This document shows, piece after piece, positions 21,700 to 31,900 of a stretch of 64,000 nucleotides of DNA (positions within the stretch are counted from its first letter, which is position 1; each line of letters starts with the position of its first letter). The notes below the pieces were generated by a model that searched no databases, was not told where the DNA came from, and saw only the letters and a list, made by a program, of their open reading frames with translations. The position numbers were made by a program, and so were the translations under genes. This DNA comes from a virus (lineage: Duplodnaviria > Caudoviricetes): the IMG/VR virus record IMGVR_UViG_3300020048_000083, positions 19,785 through 83,784 of that record, one strand, 5' to 3'.

Positions 21700-23151
21700 T
21701 TACACTTTATTAAATTCTTGGTTCACTGGTAGTGTATTGGCTGCATGTCGTGCGGCGTCTTCACGCCTCACTTGTGCAACTACTTCAAGTATACGCTCAG
21801 ATTGTCTATGCGTTTGATTTGCGGAAAATGTGTCAAACGATTCTTCTTCCGTGGTATCAATAAGCATTCTGGAATTATTGAATACACAATTTTCGAATAC
21901 CTTCCCGTCGTCACCAAACCTACTTTTTAATATAGCAATTGTAGCAAGCTTTTGATCACGTTGCTGAAGCGTCTTTGCGATTGACATAATAAAGTGAGCT
22001 ACCTGAGCTTTCTTAATATTTCCGCCAATCATATCAACTTCAACAACGGCGGCTGTTGTACTCTTACGTCCACCTTGTACCGCTGTCCACATTGCAACAT
22101 TAAATTCCTCAGCCATACCTTCAAGCTGGCGCATAGTTTTACCTTCACCTGTCCACTCTTCGGAATCTTTACCTTGCTCGCCAACAATACAATCGGCATA
22201 ATCAATGATAACCAAATCCAGTTTACCGCCTAGCTTATTCTTTTCTCGTTTTATAATGCGACGAAGTTTGGCTACATTTACGGTGTCGGCATGCAGTTTT
22301 TCAAATATAAGCCTACCGTTAGGTAGACTTTCTTTAATTTCCGTGGCTTTACGTAGAATGAAGTCTTTATTTTCGTTAAGTTTCTCAAGCTCTATATTAG
22401 ACCAATGGCACAGGTATTTACGACGGACTTCATCTAATTTATCTTCAAAAAAGATATGCAGCACGTTAAACCCAGCTTTGTATGCGTTTGAACCAATAAT
22501 CGATAAGTATGTAGTTTTACCGACACCAAGAGGGGCAATTACAACAGCAAGCTCCTGCCTGCCTAGCCCACCGTTGGTTATTTTATCGATACCAGCAATA
22601 CCTGTTGGAATCACCTCTCGGTAATTTTCGTCCAGAGCATGCTCTAACCCACTAAAAAAGTCAACACCTTCATCCGACTCTTTAAAGGTTATAGCCTTAC
22701 GAATAATATCCTCAATGTCGTCGTACTCTTTGTAGTAACCGTTATCCAGTTTTTTCTTAACAGCGTCTACAGTATTCCTAACCTTTTGAAATTTACAAAA
22801 AGTTAAGGCAATTTTCGGTATATCCAAACTAACCAATTCACAATTCTTTATACCAGCTAAGGTATCTGTCAGCGTTTTCTTGGTTTCTGGTACATCACCA
22901 TAATTATCATCAATAGATACTTGGATTCCAGCGTAGCTAGGTATTACTTCGTGTCTGCCATGGTAGTCTTTAATCAATTTGACGATATATCCAAAGTAAT
23001 TATTTTTGAAATAATCTTTGTCTATAAGGTCAATGATTTCAATACCAAATTTATGATTGGTGATGATTTCAGCAATCAAAGACTGCTGAAATTCAACACC
23101 AAAATCTGTAATACTTTTAGGCTTTTGCGGTAAGTCCTGTGTTTTCTGCAT
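21700..23151 (-). CDS. DnaB/gp41-like replicative helicase, 483 aa
   Basis: Walker A APLGVGKT, LVIIDYAD, ILKSRFG. Confidence 0.9.
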   Translation of the reverse strand: MQKTQDLPQKPKSITDFGVEFQQSLIAEIITNHKFGIEIIDLIDKDYFKNNYFGYIVKLIKDYHGRHEVIPSYAGIQVSIDDNYGDVPETKKTLTDTLAGIKNCELVSLDIPKIALTFCKFQKVRNTVDAVKKKLDNGYYKEYDDIEDIIRKAITFKESDEGVDFFSGLEHALDENYREVIPTGIAGIDKITNGGLGRQELAVVIAPLGVGKTTYLSIIGSNAYKAGFNVLHIFFEDKLDEVRRKYLCHWSNIELEKLNENKDFILRKATEIKESLPNGRLIFEKLHADTVNVAKLRRIIKREKNKLGGKLDLVIIDYADCIVGEQGKDSEEWTGEGKTMRQLEGMAEEFNVAMWTAVQGGRKSTTAAVVEVDMIGGNIKKAQVAHFIMSIAKTLQQRDQKLATIAILKSRFGDDGKVFENCVFNNSRMLIDTTEEESFDTFSANQTHRQSERILEVVAQVRREDAARHAANTLPVNQEFNKV

Positions 23152-23677
23152 CTGCTTGTAATATTAGGTTATAACGTGCAAACACAATGTTATCTTTCTT
23201 GCTTCTGGTTACAAACTCTGTAGTAAGCATTCTGCTTGGTAGTGACAGTGCGTTCTGTATTTGGCTAATAATACGGGCAATATACTTTTTAATATTGACG
23301 TCGTAACGAATTTTGGCTGGATAAATATTAGCCGACCAACCGCTTTCGATAACTACTTTACCATTCACTTTTACCTGAAAAGTGTATCGGTCATCGTTCG
23401 TGTTGCGGTCAAAATTTGGATCATCAGCAAAGTAGTACTTATACTCGTCCATAAAGTCGAGCGTCCTGCTTTTCATTTCACCTTGGATAATTTCTACGCA
23501 ATCATCCACCGCGTATTTAAGTTCCAAGCTTGAACAGGCTTCAGGGTTATATTTATTAACTGTGAAGAACCTCTGAACAATGATATTATCATTTATTTTG
23601 AACAGAAATTCATAAGGCTCTTTGAAGCTTCTTGAACGTTCAACGAGCGTTTGCGATAAATTAGGGTTTCCCATCAT
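23117..23677 (-). CDS. Hypothetical protein, 186 aa
   Basis: ORF between exonuclease and helicase, overlapping the helicase start. Confidence 0.6.
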   Translation of the reverse strand: MMGNPNLSQTLVERSRSFKEPYEFLFKINDNIIVQRFFTVNKYNPEACSSLELKYAVDDCVEIIQGEMKSRTLDFMDEYKYYFADDPNFDRNTNDDRYTFQVKVNGKVVIESGWSANIYPAKIRYDVNIKKYIARIISQIQNALSLPSRMLTTEFVTRSKKDNIVFARYNLILQADAENTGLTAKA

Positions 23678-23684
23678 CGTATAA

Positions 23685-24743
23685 TTATTTGGTTAGTAAG
23701 CATTGTTTATAATAATCCAACTCTTTTTTTATAATGGTGTTAAACGGTTGCCAATATTCAAAAAAAGCCTCGTCATTATTGCTATTATTGATTCTTATCC
23801 CATCTTCCAAAAACATATTAAGTACTTTCTTTACACCGCCCCTGCCTTCTGGGTCGATTGGCGAATCCTTAACATCTTCCAAGTCCTGAATGCCAACATC
23901 TGTTAGGTGCGGCGGATTAAGGCTGATGATAGTTTTCATCACAGCGAAGTAATCGGCGCCGTAGGTTCCCCACTTTGTTTGACCGTCTACGATCTTGGTT
24001 ACAGCATTGTTGTTTGGTTGTTCTGTTAGTAGTTGCTGGGCTCTTTCTTGAACCCATTCAATATCTTTGGCTTCTGTTTTTAGCTCAGGGAATATGTTAA
24101 GTACGGTCTTTTCCGCTATGCCCTCGATCCCAGATATATTATCCGCTGGATCGCCCCCAATCATCTTGATTAACGCCACATTCCTGTGATGGTAGGGGAA
24201 GTGTTGATGAAAGTTCTTTTGCGTTACTATAAACTTTCTGGTAAAGTCAGCCAAATATACCTCAGTATCTTCGGATAGTAACTGCAATAAGTCTTTATCG
24301 TTTGTGAAAACTATTTTGTGTTCGTTGGGTGAGTTTTGTACGTAGTATGCGATACAGTCGTCGGCTTCGGATTCGTTTTCCTGAATCTGCCGTATATGCA
24401 GTTCTTCTAGGTATTCTTTAATGCGTCTACGCTGAAATTGTAAATCGGAATATTCGTCGTCTGATAGGTTATACAGCGCGTCCCTATTCGCTTTGTAATA
24501 CGGATAAAAGCTTTGTCGATAAGCCCGCGAATTATCCCCTTCCCAAAACACCACAACCTTAGTTATAGCATATTCCATATAAAACTTCCGAATTGTGTTC
24601 AGAAAATTATATATTGTGTATACCCTACCCCTTTCGGTTATGGTGTTTTTCGTGCCGAAGAAGCTTATTTTTAGTAATACTTCCCCATCAATAAGAAGAG
24701 TTTTTGTTTTAACAACTCGCTTGTTAATCGTCCGATGAATCAT
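23685..24743 (-). CDS. 5'-3' exonuclease / flap endonuclease (T4 RNase H / PolA N-terminal-like), 352 aa
   Basis: LLIDG, YKANR, EADDCIAY, TNDKDLLQL, GGDPADNISGIEGIAEKT motifs. Confidence 0.9.
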   Translation of the reverse strand: MIHRTINKRVVKTKTLLIDGEVLLKISFFGTKNTITERGRVYTIYNFLNTIRKFYMEYAITKVVVFWEGDNSRAYRQSFYPYYKANRDALYNLSDDEYSDLQFQRRRIKEYLEELHIRQIQENESEADDCIAYYVQNSPNEHKIVFTNDKDLLQLLSEDTEVYLADFTRKFIVTQKNFHQHFPYHHRNVALIKMIGGDPADNISGIEGIAEKTVLNIFPELKTEAKDIEWVQERAQQLLTEQPNNNAVTKIVDGQTKWGTYGADYFAVMKTIISLNPPHLTDVGIQDLEDVKDSPIDPEGRGGVKKVLNMFLEDGIRINNSNNDEAFFEYWQPFNTIIKKELDYYKQCLLTK

Positions 24744-25797
24744 CTGCTTGATTCTTATAGGATGAAAGATCGGCTATTTGTTTCGATAGCTTGTTGGCTT
24801 CCGAAGCATTTTCGTCGATTAAGTCAAAATCGGTACCAGTGTCGATGCCAAGAAATTCTTTCCAGTATTCATTGTAATCTTCCTTGTACTTTTTAATAGC
24901 GGCGTCGCTATTTAGAATAAAGTCGTGCGGCGTGATGATAATATAACCATCCTCGTAGCCCAGACCGTTTATGTGGTTCTTTTTAACCGAAACTTTAGTT
25001 CGGGTTGCAAATTTGATTTTACGTCCCGCTTTGGTTGCGCTTACGGCTGATGTGCCAGCGTTTTCAATATTACCAAATTGGAACACCAGTGTTGCGTTAA
25101 GGTATACAGCGTTACCGCCTTTACCCTGCATTCTGGATTTAGACATAGGGTTGCTCATATCTTTCCATACCCACGGTTGTACAACCAGTGTTAATGTATT
25201 AGCATATGGCTTGCTTAGTTTTCTTGAAGACGTAATCCTACGGTTCAAACCCATACCGATTTTGTCAGCAAGTACACCAGCCGTATGCTGTTTACCGCCC
25301 TTACCTTCCCATGTTAATTTGCAAGGTACAGAGCCAATAGAATCCCAAAAGAAGTCTAAGCCCCAAGGCAAATCGCCTTTTTCCTGCTTATCAAGCATAG
25401 CGTTAATAAAGTCTGTAATTTTTTCAACATACTCGAAATCGTCACGGAAGACGAATTTACCTTTCCATTTGTCTGGCTCATATTCTTCGCAGTCAAAACC
25501 CATTAGTTTAGCGTGCGCAAAGCTCCACTTTTCTTCTGTGACAATGAGAATAGGTAATCGACCCATTTTCTGGGAAGCGATCATAGCTTTTATCAGAGCA
25601 GCGGTTTTCCCGCTATCGGAGTGACCAATGAACTCATTGATATGTCCGATAGCAGGGCCCGCCAGTCCTGTCACCTCAGCAAAAGCTTCACCACAGTTCA
25701 AATATTCCTGTGGTTTGTATTCGGTGCTTGAGCTAAGCTCTGCGAACAGCGCGTCAGCATCAAACTCTTTCTTTTTCAAAGCAGTTTTGTTAGGCAT
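24724..25797 (-). CDS. recA: RecA/UvsX-like recombinase, 357 aa
   Basis: Walker A GHSDSGKT, FFWDSIGS, GGNAVYLNATL, TKVSVKKNH. Confidence 0.88.
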   Translation of the reverse strand: MPNKTALKKKEFDADALFAELSSSTEYKPQEYLNCGEAFAEVTGLAGPAIGHINEFIGHSDSGKTAALIKAMIASQKMGRLPILIVTEEKWSFAHAKLMGFDCEEYEPDKWKGKFVFRDDFEYVEKITDFINAMLDKQEKGDLPWGLDFFWDSIGSVPCKLTWEGKGGKQHTAGVLADKIGMGLNRRITSSRKLSKPYANTLTLVVQPWVWKDMSNPMSKSRMQGKGGNAVYLNATLVFQFGNIENAGTSAVSATKAGRKIKFATRTKVSVKKNHINGLGYEDGYIIITPHDFILNSDAAIKKYKEDYNEYWKEFLGIDTGTDFDLIDENASEANKLSKQIADLSSYKNQADDSSDD

Positions 25798-25802
25798 AAG
25801 TT

Positions 25803-26333
25803 CTACTTTTCTTTGTTTTTTAATTTTGTTAACAATTCAATGTGTTTTTCTTTACTATCTAAAATACAACCGTCTAAATTTTGAAACAACATCGTTTTTT
25901 GGTCGTACTTAATATGTCGGTGTAGTAAATAATGGTCTTTTAGTGTTAATTCTAAAACATCCAACCAATCTTTTTGATTATACGACCAATGATGCGAATT
26001 AAACCCAGCAGTCTTTGTTAAGTATATTTCAACATATTTTGCTGCCAGAGCTTTTTCTGGATATTTTTGGTTATACTTTCTTATTTGTTCTCGTTTCTGT
26101 TCACGTGTAGGTTTATATTTTTTATAACCTAAACGATAGTACTTATCACGACCTCGCTTTCGTTCTCCCTCAACCCACGTTTCATCATTTCTTAATTCCC
26201 TTTGTCTTGTTGTTACGTCGTTCTTTGTACAAGAAATGCATTTATTCAAATGCCCATCTGACATTTTTTTATGTTCGTAGAACTCAGATAGCGGGTAATC
26301 TTTTCCACATTTAAAACATAATTTCATTTTCAT
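25803..26333 (-). CDS. Free-standing HNH-type homing endonuclease, 176 aa
   Basis: N-terminal CFKC...CISC zinc ribbon and C-terminal HHWSY...HYLLHRH; visibly AT-richer than flanks; between SSB and recA. Confidence 0.75.
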   Translation of the reverse strand: MKMKLCFKCGKDYPLSEFYEHKKMSDGHLNKCISCTKNDVTTRQRELRNDETWVEGERKRGRDKYYRLGYKKYKPTREQKREQIRKYNQKYPEKALAAKYVEIYLTKTAGFNSHHWSYNQKDWLDVLELTLKDHYLLHRHIKYDQKTMLFQNLDGCILDSKEKHIELLTKLKNKEK

Positions 26334-26335
26334 AT

Positions 26336-26388
26336 CTTTTTAACTTTTCGAAATATTATAGTTATAAATATCTCGAAAAGTTAAAAAG
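26336..26388 (-). promoter_or_regulatory. 16-bp perfect inverted repeat with a TATTTATA box in its loop, upstream of the HNH start
   Basis: CTTTTTAACTTTTCGA (26336-26351) and TCGAAAAGTTAAAAAG (26373-26388); TATTTATA at 26363-26370. Confidence 0.75.
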
Positions 26389-26412
26389 GTAGAAACTTTT
26401 TTTTTTACCGTT

Positions 26413-27315
26413 CTAAAACGGTAAATCAGAAGGATCGATATCATCACCTGCCACTGGGTCTGTGTCAACCGCAGGATGATCAGTCTGGGTTGCAGGTGGT
26501 GTAGATGTATTAGCTTCGCCAACGGCGCTGCCAATGTTATCCTGTGTACCAGAACCTTCGGTATCATCCGAATCGATTTTTGGAATCCATTTATTTTCCG
26601 ATTCTGACCAAGTTGGTGTTTTACCTTCGGCTACGATATACAGGTATTCTGTATCGTATTTCTTGTAAACATTTTCCCATGTCATTGTGTCGTCAACCCA
26701 CTGCTGTGAAAGCTGTTCGTTGGTTGACAATGCTGATGGGTCATTCGGAAGAATTGCGGAAATGGCGGTGTATTCACCGTTATTCTGTTTATTTTTCACC
26801 TTGGTAAGTGTGATACTCAGGTCGCGACCAGTTTTAGGGTCGGTAATATCCCCAAATTTCTTGAAGATAGGGCTGATCAAATCGAAAATTCCACCACCTT
26901 TGTCGTCATGAGGAAATCTCCAGAATTTTACTCCTTCGTTTTCCTTTTCACGTTCGATACCTTTGACCACGTAGAATAAACGCGGGCGGTAATTACGTGC
27001 CAGCGCTTTATCTGCTGGGTCATTGGACGCCTTTAGCAAATTGTAAACGTCGCTAAGCGGCGAAGATTTACCTTCGTTCTTACCTGGATCGTACAGTTTG
27101 CGATGGTTGTTACCAACCTTGATAGAGTGGAACCAAATTTCGGTGAAAACCAATTGGTCGGGTTTCGGGGGAAGCATACGGAATGTTTTTTCCCCACGTG
27201 ATACACCCTGTGGAAGGGCGATTGTGAAATACTTTGTCAAGTCTGTCGACTCGAACTGACTCTGTGATGCTCTTTTGGCTTGTTGTGCCAGCACCTGATC
27301 TACTACATTGCTCAT
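26413..27315 (-). CDS. Single-stranded DNA-binding protein, T4 gp32-like, 300 aa
   Basis: FRMLPP, EIWFH, RLFYVV, GVKFWRF, ITDPKTGRDLSIT motifs and acidic tail ending DLPF. Confidence 0.88.
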   Translation of the reverse strand: MSNVVDQVLAQQAKRASQSQFESTDLTKYFTIALPQGVSRGEKTFRMLPPKPDQLVFTEIWFHSIKVGNNHRKLYDPGKNEGKSSPLSDVYNLLKASNDPADKALARNYRPRLFYVVKGIEREKENEGVKFWRFPHDDKGGGIFDLISPIFKKFGDITDPKTGRDLSITLTKVKNKQNNGEYTAISAILPNDPSALSTNEQLSQQWVDDTMTWENVYKKYDTEYLYIVAEGKTPTWSESENKWIPKIDSDDTEGSGTQDNIGSAVGEANTSTPPATQTDHPAVDTDPVAGDDIDPSDLPF

Positions 27316-27468
27316 AGTTTGATTTGTGTTTGATTTATTTATTGATTTATTTATTGCTTAGTAACTGACTTTGAACGACCTACGAACTTCGTGCAATTTA
27401 AAGTTACTTAATTGAACCTTAAATATACACATTCACCTTGAAAAAGACAAGGTTTTGAAAAAATAATT

Positions 27469-27792
27469 TTACGTTAACCCTTCCGAAGAAGAACTAAATT
27501 GACCAAACATAGTCTTTTGTGATTTAACCCCGTGCAGATAAACCTGACCGTTATGGACTACACAAGACCATATAGGCATATCCACAACAATTGAGTCGGG
27601 AGCTGTAACAATACCGCCCCAAGTGCCTCTAACGCCATTTACAGTTACGTCTGTGGCTGTAGCCGCTGGGTTTCCTGAAACACTCATACGATAATACCTA
27701 TAATCGTGAGTAGCATCACCAAAATTGACTGTAACGCCAGATGTTACTTTGATCATAATATTCTCACCTGATAAATTTGTGATATCTGCCAT
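27469..27792 (-). CDS. Hypothetical protein, 107 aa
   Basis: ATG-started ORF in operon order. Confidence 0.6.
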   Translation of the reverse strand: MADITNLSGENIMIKVTSGVTVNFGDATHDYRYYRMSVSGNPAATATDVTVNGVRGTWGGIVTAPDSIVVDMPIWSCVVHNGQVYLHGVKSQKTMFGQFSSSSEGLT

Positions 27793-27814
27793 TTTAATTC
27801 ATTGTTATATATTA

Positions 27815-28633
27815 TTACATTCTGTATGCTGGCAGTGAGCGAGCAACTTTATCTTCGAATGGGTCTGGCGGATTAAACGAATTACGAATATCCCTTTCAT
27901 TGAAATCGCTCAGAAGGTTCGACAAAGATAATTTATTTTTCTTCATTTCCATTTCTGTTTGATTTTTCTCTACACCTTCTTTTCCGTAATCACTCAACGG
28001 AACATTAAACGGGTAGGAGTTTTGAGCCATAGCCTGCTTAACTTCCTCTGGGGAAGGTGGTTTCGATAGCTCGAAATCTTTGTATATGGCATCAATTTTG
28101 GCTAACGCTTGATCCATTTTTGTTACATTGCTCTCCATACCGTTGATTTTCATCATCAGCTGGTTTACCATTTCCAATGTTTTATCAGCCTTGCTGTTCA
28201 TTTCGTCAGCTTTTTGGTTGGCTGCTTTGGTGTCGTTAACAATGTCGGTTACGTCAACTTCCTGAGCCGCATCACCTGCTGGTGCCGCTGCGTCGGGTGC
28301 CGCCATAGGGTCTGCTGCTGCATCTGGTGCTCCACCTGCTGCAAAAGGGTCTTCGGCTGGTGCTGCTGCGTCTGGTGCACCACCTGCTGGTGGCATACCA
28401 CCTGCGTCAGGAGCGCCGCCTGCTGGGGGAGCGCCTGCTGGGGGTGCTCCGCCTGCGTCTGGTGCGCCACCTGCTGGGGGAGCCTGTGAAGAAAAGTCAT
28501 CCATAGTCAACTGATCAACTTTGTTGTCGTCTTCTTCAGATAATCCCTGATCGAAGTATGCATATTCGGCAATACGGTTCAATCGTTTTACTTCTTCATT
28601 TAGCAGCTGCGGGCTGACGTATTTATTTTTCAT
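27815..28633 (-). CDS. Acidic Pro/Ala/Gly-rich protein, possible prohead core/internal protein, 272 aa
   Basis: N-terminal LLNEEVKRLNRIAE, PAGGAP tract, then coiled-coil. Confidence 0.5.
   Translation of the reverse strand: MKNKYVSPQLLNEEVKRLNRIAEYAYFDQGLSEEDDNKVDQLTMDDFSSQAPPAGGAPDAGGAPPAGAPPAGGAPDAGGMPPAGGAPDAAAPAEDPFAAGGAPDAAADPMAAPDAAAPAGDAAQEVDVTDIVNDTKAANQKADEMNSKADKTLEMVNQLMMKINGMESNVTKMDQALAKIDAIYKDFELSKPPSPEEVKQAMAQNSYPFNVPLSDYGKEGVEKNQTEMEMKKNKLSLSNLLSDFNERDIRNSFNPPDPFEDKVARSLPAYRM
28290..28487 (-). repeat. Coding low-complexity repeat (P-A-G-G-A-P/D)n
   Basis: Degenerate CCTGCTGG(G/T)GG units encoding APPAGGAPDAGGAPPAGAPPAGGAPDAGGMPPAGGAPDA. Confidence 0.85.
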
Positions 28634-28635
28634 TG

Positions 28636-28839
28636 TTATACTATTGAGCTATGTGTTATAGGTCTTTCTTCGACTAAGAGCTGGCGTCCATCTTCAACGA
28701 TGAGCTTTTTCTCAATCAGGGTAGTTCTTTCGATCAAACCGTCGTTTTCAACGATTCGTTTCGCCGATTTTTCTGCCAATTGATCAGGTGTCTGAGTCTG
28801 GGCAAGAAATTGATCTAACGCTTCTGGGTTAAATTCCAT
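28636..28839 (-). CDS. Hypothetical protein, 67 aa
   Basis: AGGAG-like RBS; TATTTATA box at 28860-28867. Confidence 0.7.
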   Translation of the reverse strand: MEFNPEALDQFLAQTQTPDQLAEKSAKRIVENDGLIERTTLIEKKLIVEDGRQLLVEERPITHSSIV

Positions 28840-28900
28840 AGTGAATCTCCTTATTTTTATATAAATATACAGCTAATGTAGAAAAAACTGGTCGTTAGGT

Positions 28901-31900
28901 TTAAAACTTAATGTTATTCCACATACGTATAGCCGTGTTGTATATAGCGAGTTTTTGCGGAAACATCTTGTCGTATTTAGCCTTATCTTTTTGACTTAAA
29001 TTTTTAAACACCCAATTATTCAAATAACGCTCTGTCCACAATTGACCGTCACTCCCGTCAAACCCTTTTGCTTTAACTCTGTTAAATAGAAAAGTTAAAA
29101 AGGTTTCGTTGCTTGCAAATTGTGCGAATTCTCTTAATTTTACAGCATCTTTCCGTATAAACCTACCTATAAATAACTCCCCACCTGTCCACCTGCCAGC
29201 GTCAGTTTGAACACCAGCATAGTTGTATCCGCCAGCTGAAGAAAAAGACATATTTTTCTTCGAAGCCTCAGCAAATAATATAGCAAATACAGCTTTACCT
29301 ATACTTTCATTAGTGTTTTTTAATAGTATTCTTTTAGCTTCTTTATAAGGAAGAAGTGTCGGCGGTGGCGGCGGCGAAATTAACGGCAACTCTGGGTAAT
29401 ACGTTTTAATTACATTATTACCACTTCCAGCAGTTCCAGCGCCACTTTGCACTGATGTGCCAGTTCCAGTTGTACCAGCCGATTGGTTTATAGCCGCAAC
29501 ACCAAGCAAGCTGCTAATGTTGGAGTCTGAAAGTTGTAATAATACATCTTTCTGAGAAGGAAGTACTGCCATTGGTTGCCTTACACCTTTAAACGTTGTT
29601 TTTATATCGTTCGGGGTTATAGTATGTTTCACGTTTGTGATCCAGTACGTACCATAAAATAATGGAATATTAGTTAGTTCAAAGAACATTAACGGTTGAA
29701 TCATCATATTGCCAAGAGAATCAACCTGTGCAGTATACGACCTCTCAGTAAATAACGAAAATAAGTCGCCGCCCTGCGTTTGTGTTCTATTTTTTGCGTA
29801 TTGGGTGATACCTTTGTACCATTCTTCGGTATTTTGATATTCACTTTGATCAAGCTGTAGGTTACTAAATATTTGTTGGTGTTGTTCACCAAAATCTACC
29901 ACAAAAGCCATAGCCGTAGCACCATCTTGCATTAAGTCGCGCGGTATATTAACCCCATTCCCTATGTTCGAAGATATATTAGATTTAGTATTACCTCTGG
30001 ATGATAATAAAGAAAATGATTTAGACGCCGATCGTAGGGTTTTATTTTGCGGCGTGTTAAGTACGGTATTAGTATTTCCAATAAATTGAAACAGAAATTT
30101 AGGATTTGCCGCGGCTATATCAACATAGTCGAACGTACCAAACAAATCCCGAGCCGAATTATCACCTTCGCCAGTTTGATAAACACCAAAGTTAATAAAC
30201 GCTGGTAATGCGTGAATTAATGAAGCGTGCTGCTTAGCTAATTCACTTAAAAATGTATAAAGAGATATGTCGGTATTTACACCTTTATACCCGTAATTAT
30301 TTTCGAAATACGATTTTAACCAGTCTATATTAGCCAGCATATTATGCCCAACATCCCTATTGGCTCTATCGACAAATAAAAAGTGACTTATTAACGAATC
30401 GCTTGGCTCTGGTATAGAATTTGGTGATGTAAAATGTGTATACGAATATTGAAGCTGTAATCTCTTCTTATCTGAACTCACACTGATCCAATTATCAAAC
30501 AGCGCCTTAATATTGTAATAAGTTTTCTGTTTCATAAGGTTTATATCGTCTTTACTACCTTCTTTGAAATCTTTCAGCTGTTCTTCCACGATAGCTTTTT
30601 CACCGTCTGCTAAGTTTCTACTTACACTTTCTAAGCAAGCTGTAATATGCTTATCGGAATTAGTTAACCAACCCCTAACAATTGTAGCCATTTTACCAAA
30701 ACTCGGGTCTTTTTCTGTATCAGGTCTACCTAACACCGAAGTTTGCTTAAAATATAGCATCATAAAATCTTTAGCTATCTGAATTGTGGGTAGTGTTGGC
30801 GCCACGTCAATTTTCTGGAAGAAATAATTAGCCCAGTCAACCACGTCGTCCTCTGACATAGAGTACCTATAATAATATTTTAAATACCGATCACGAACAA
30901 GCGCGTCACTTGTTGATTCAGCCCACGTTTTCAAAGACTGCTTACCAAATAAAGCTAATTTTATGAATTTAGCGTCGTCAGTTTCACTTAACGCATTGTT
31001 AGCTAAAGCCCTATCAAACATATTAGTTACGGTTTCGAAAACAAAATTAGCTTCGCCAAAATCAAATACGCTACCAACATTGAAAAGGCTTCTTTGATTA
31101 AGTAATGTTTGTATAACATATTTAATCTTGTTTGTTTGAGCCTGAGTAAGACTGGCGTTCATTACCTTGCAGATATTTACCGCTTGTTTACCTGAGCCAG
31201 CCTTTATAAAACCGCTACCCCTAACGAAACCATCAGTAAGCCAAGCGTTATACGTTAACAAAAATTGTATTTGCTCATCAGTGCTATACTTATTTCCATC
31301 CACGGTTAGCTCCGAAAAATTGGATTTATCCACCACAAGCAATGATAATAATATATTTTTAGCCGCCGTAAGCCTATCTTTACTATCAACCGTTTCGTCA
31401 TATTTGCCTTGAAATACGTCGAGCGCACCAAGACCGATGTAGTCTATTACGTCGTTATACCGTAAAAGGCTATTAACCCTATCTTCAGTAAACCTATCTG
31501 GGTCTAAAATGTAGACTCTACCATCTTTTTTGGTATGAATGTTTTTATCGTATAAGAAATCCCTATCCAAAGTATTCAGTAGTAGTTTACTACCAATTAC
31601 GTCAAAATCTTCATTTTTTAATACCGAATCCATATTATATGGCGCATCACCGACGAACGGGCCTGAGCCCCATACGTACCTCGAAGAGTTCAATATTATG
31701 TTAATAATTGTCGCGGTAAATTCGTTGCTATAATCACGATTGTTACTAATATATTTATCAATATCAAACCCATCAGCGGTACCCTTTACTAACGATTTTG
31801 ATAAGCTACTTAACACGTACTGCAAGCCAGCTACGCCACCAGCAGACGGATACATTACACAAGTAAATGAATCATCCTTTACATAATAGTTAGTTAAATC

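Noticed and set aside
24971-25624. 217-aa plus-strand ORF and the other short ORFs nested in or antisense to long genes
   Set aside because: Fully overlap well-supported genes, show no motifs and have no promoter context; treated as shadow ORFs.
19153-25797. Inteins or group I introns in nrdJ, helicase or recA
   Set aside because: Lengths are ordinary, catalytic motifs are contiguous and no intein splice motifs were seen.
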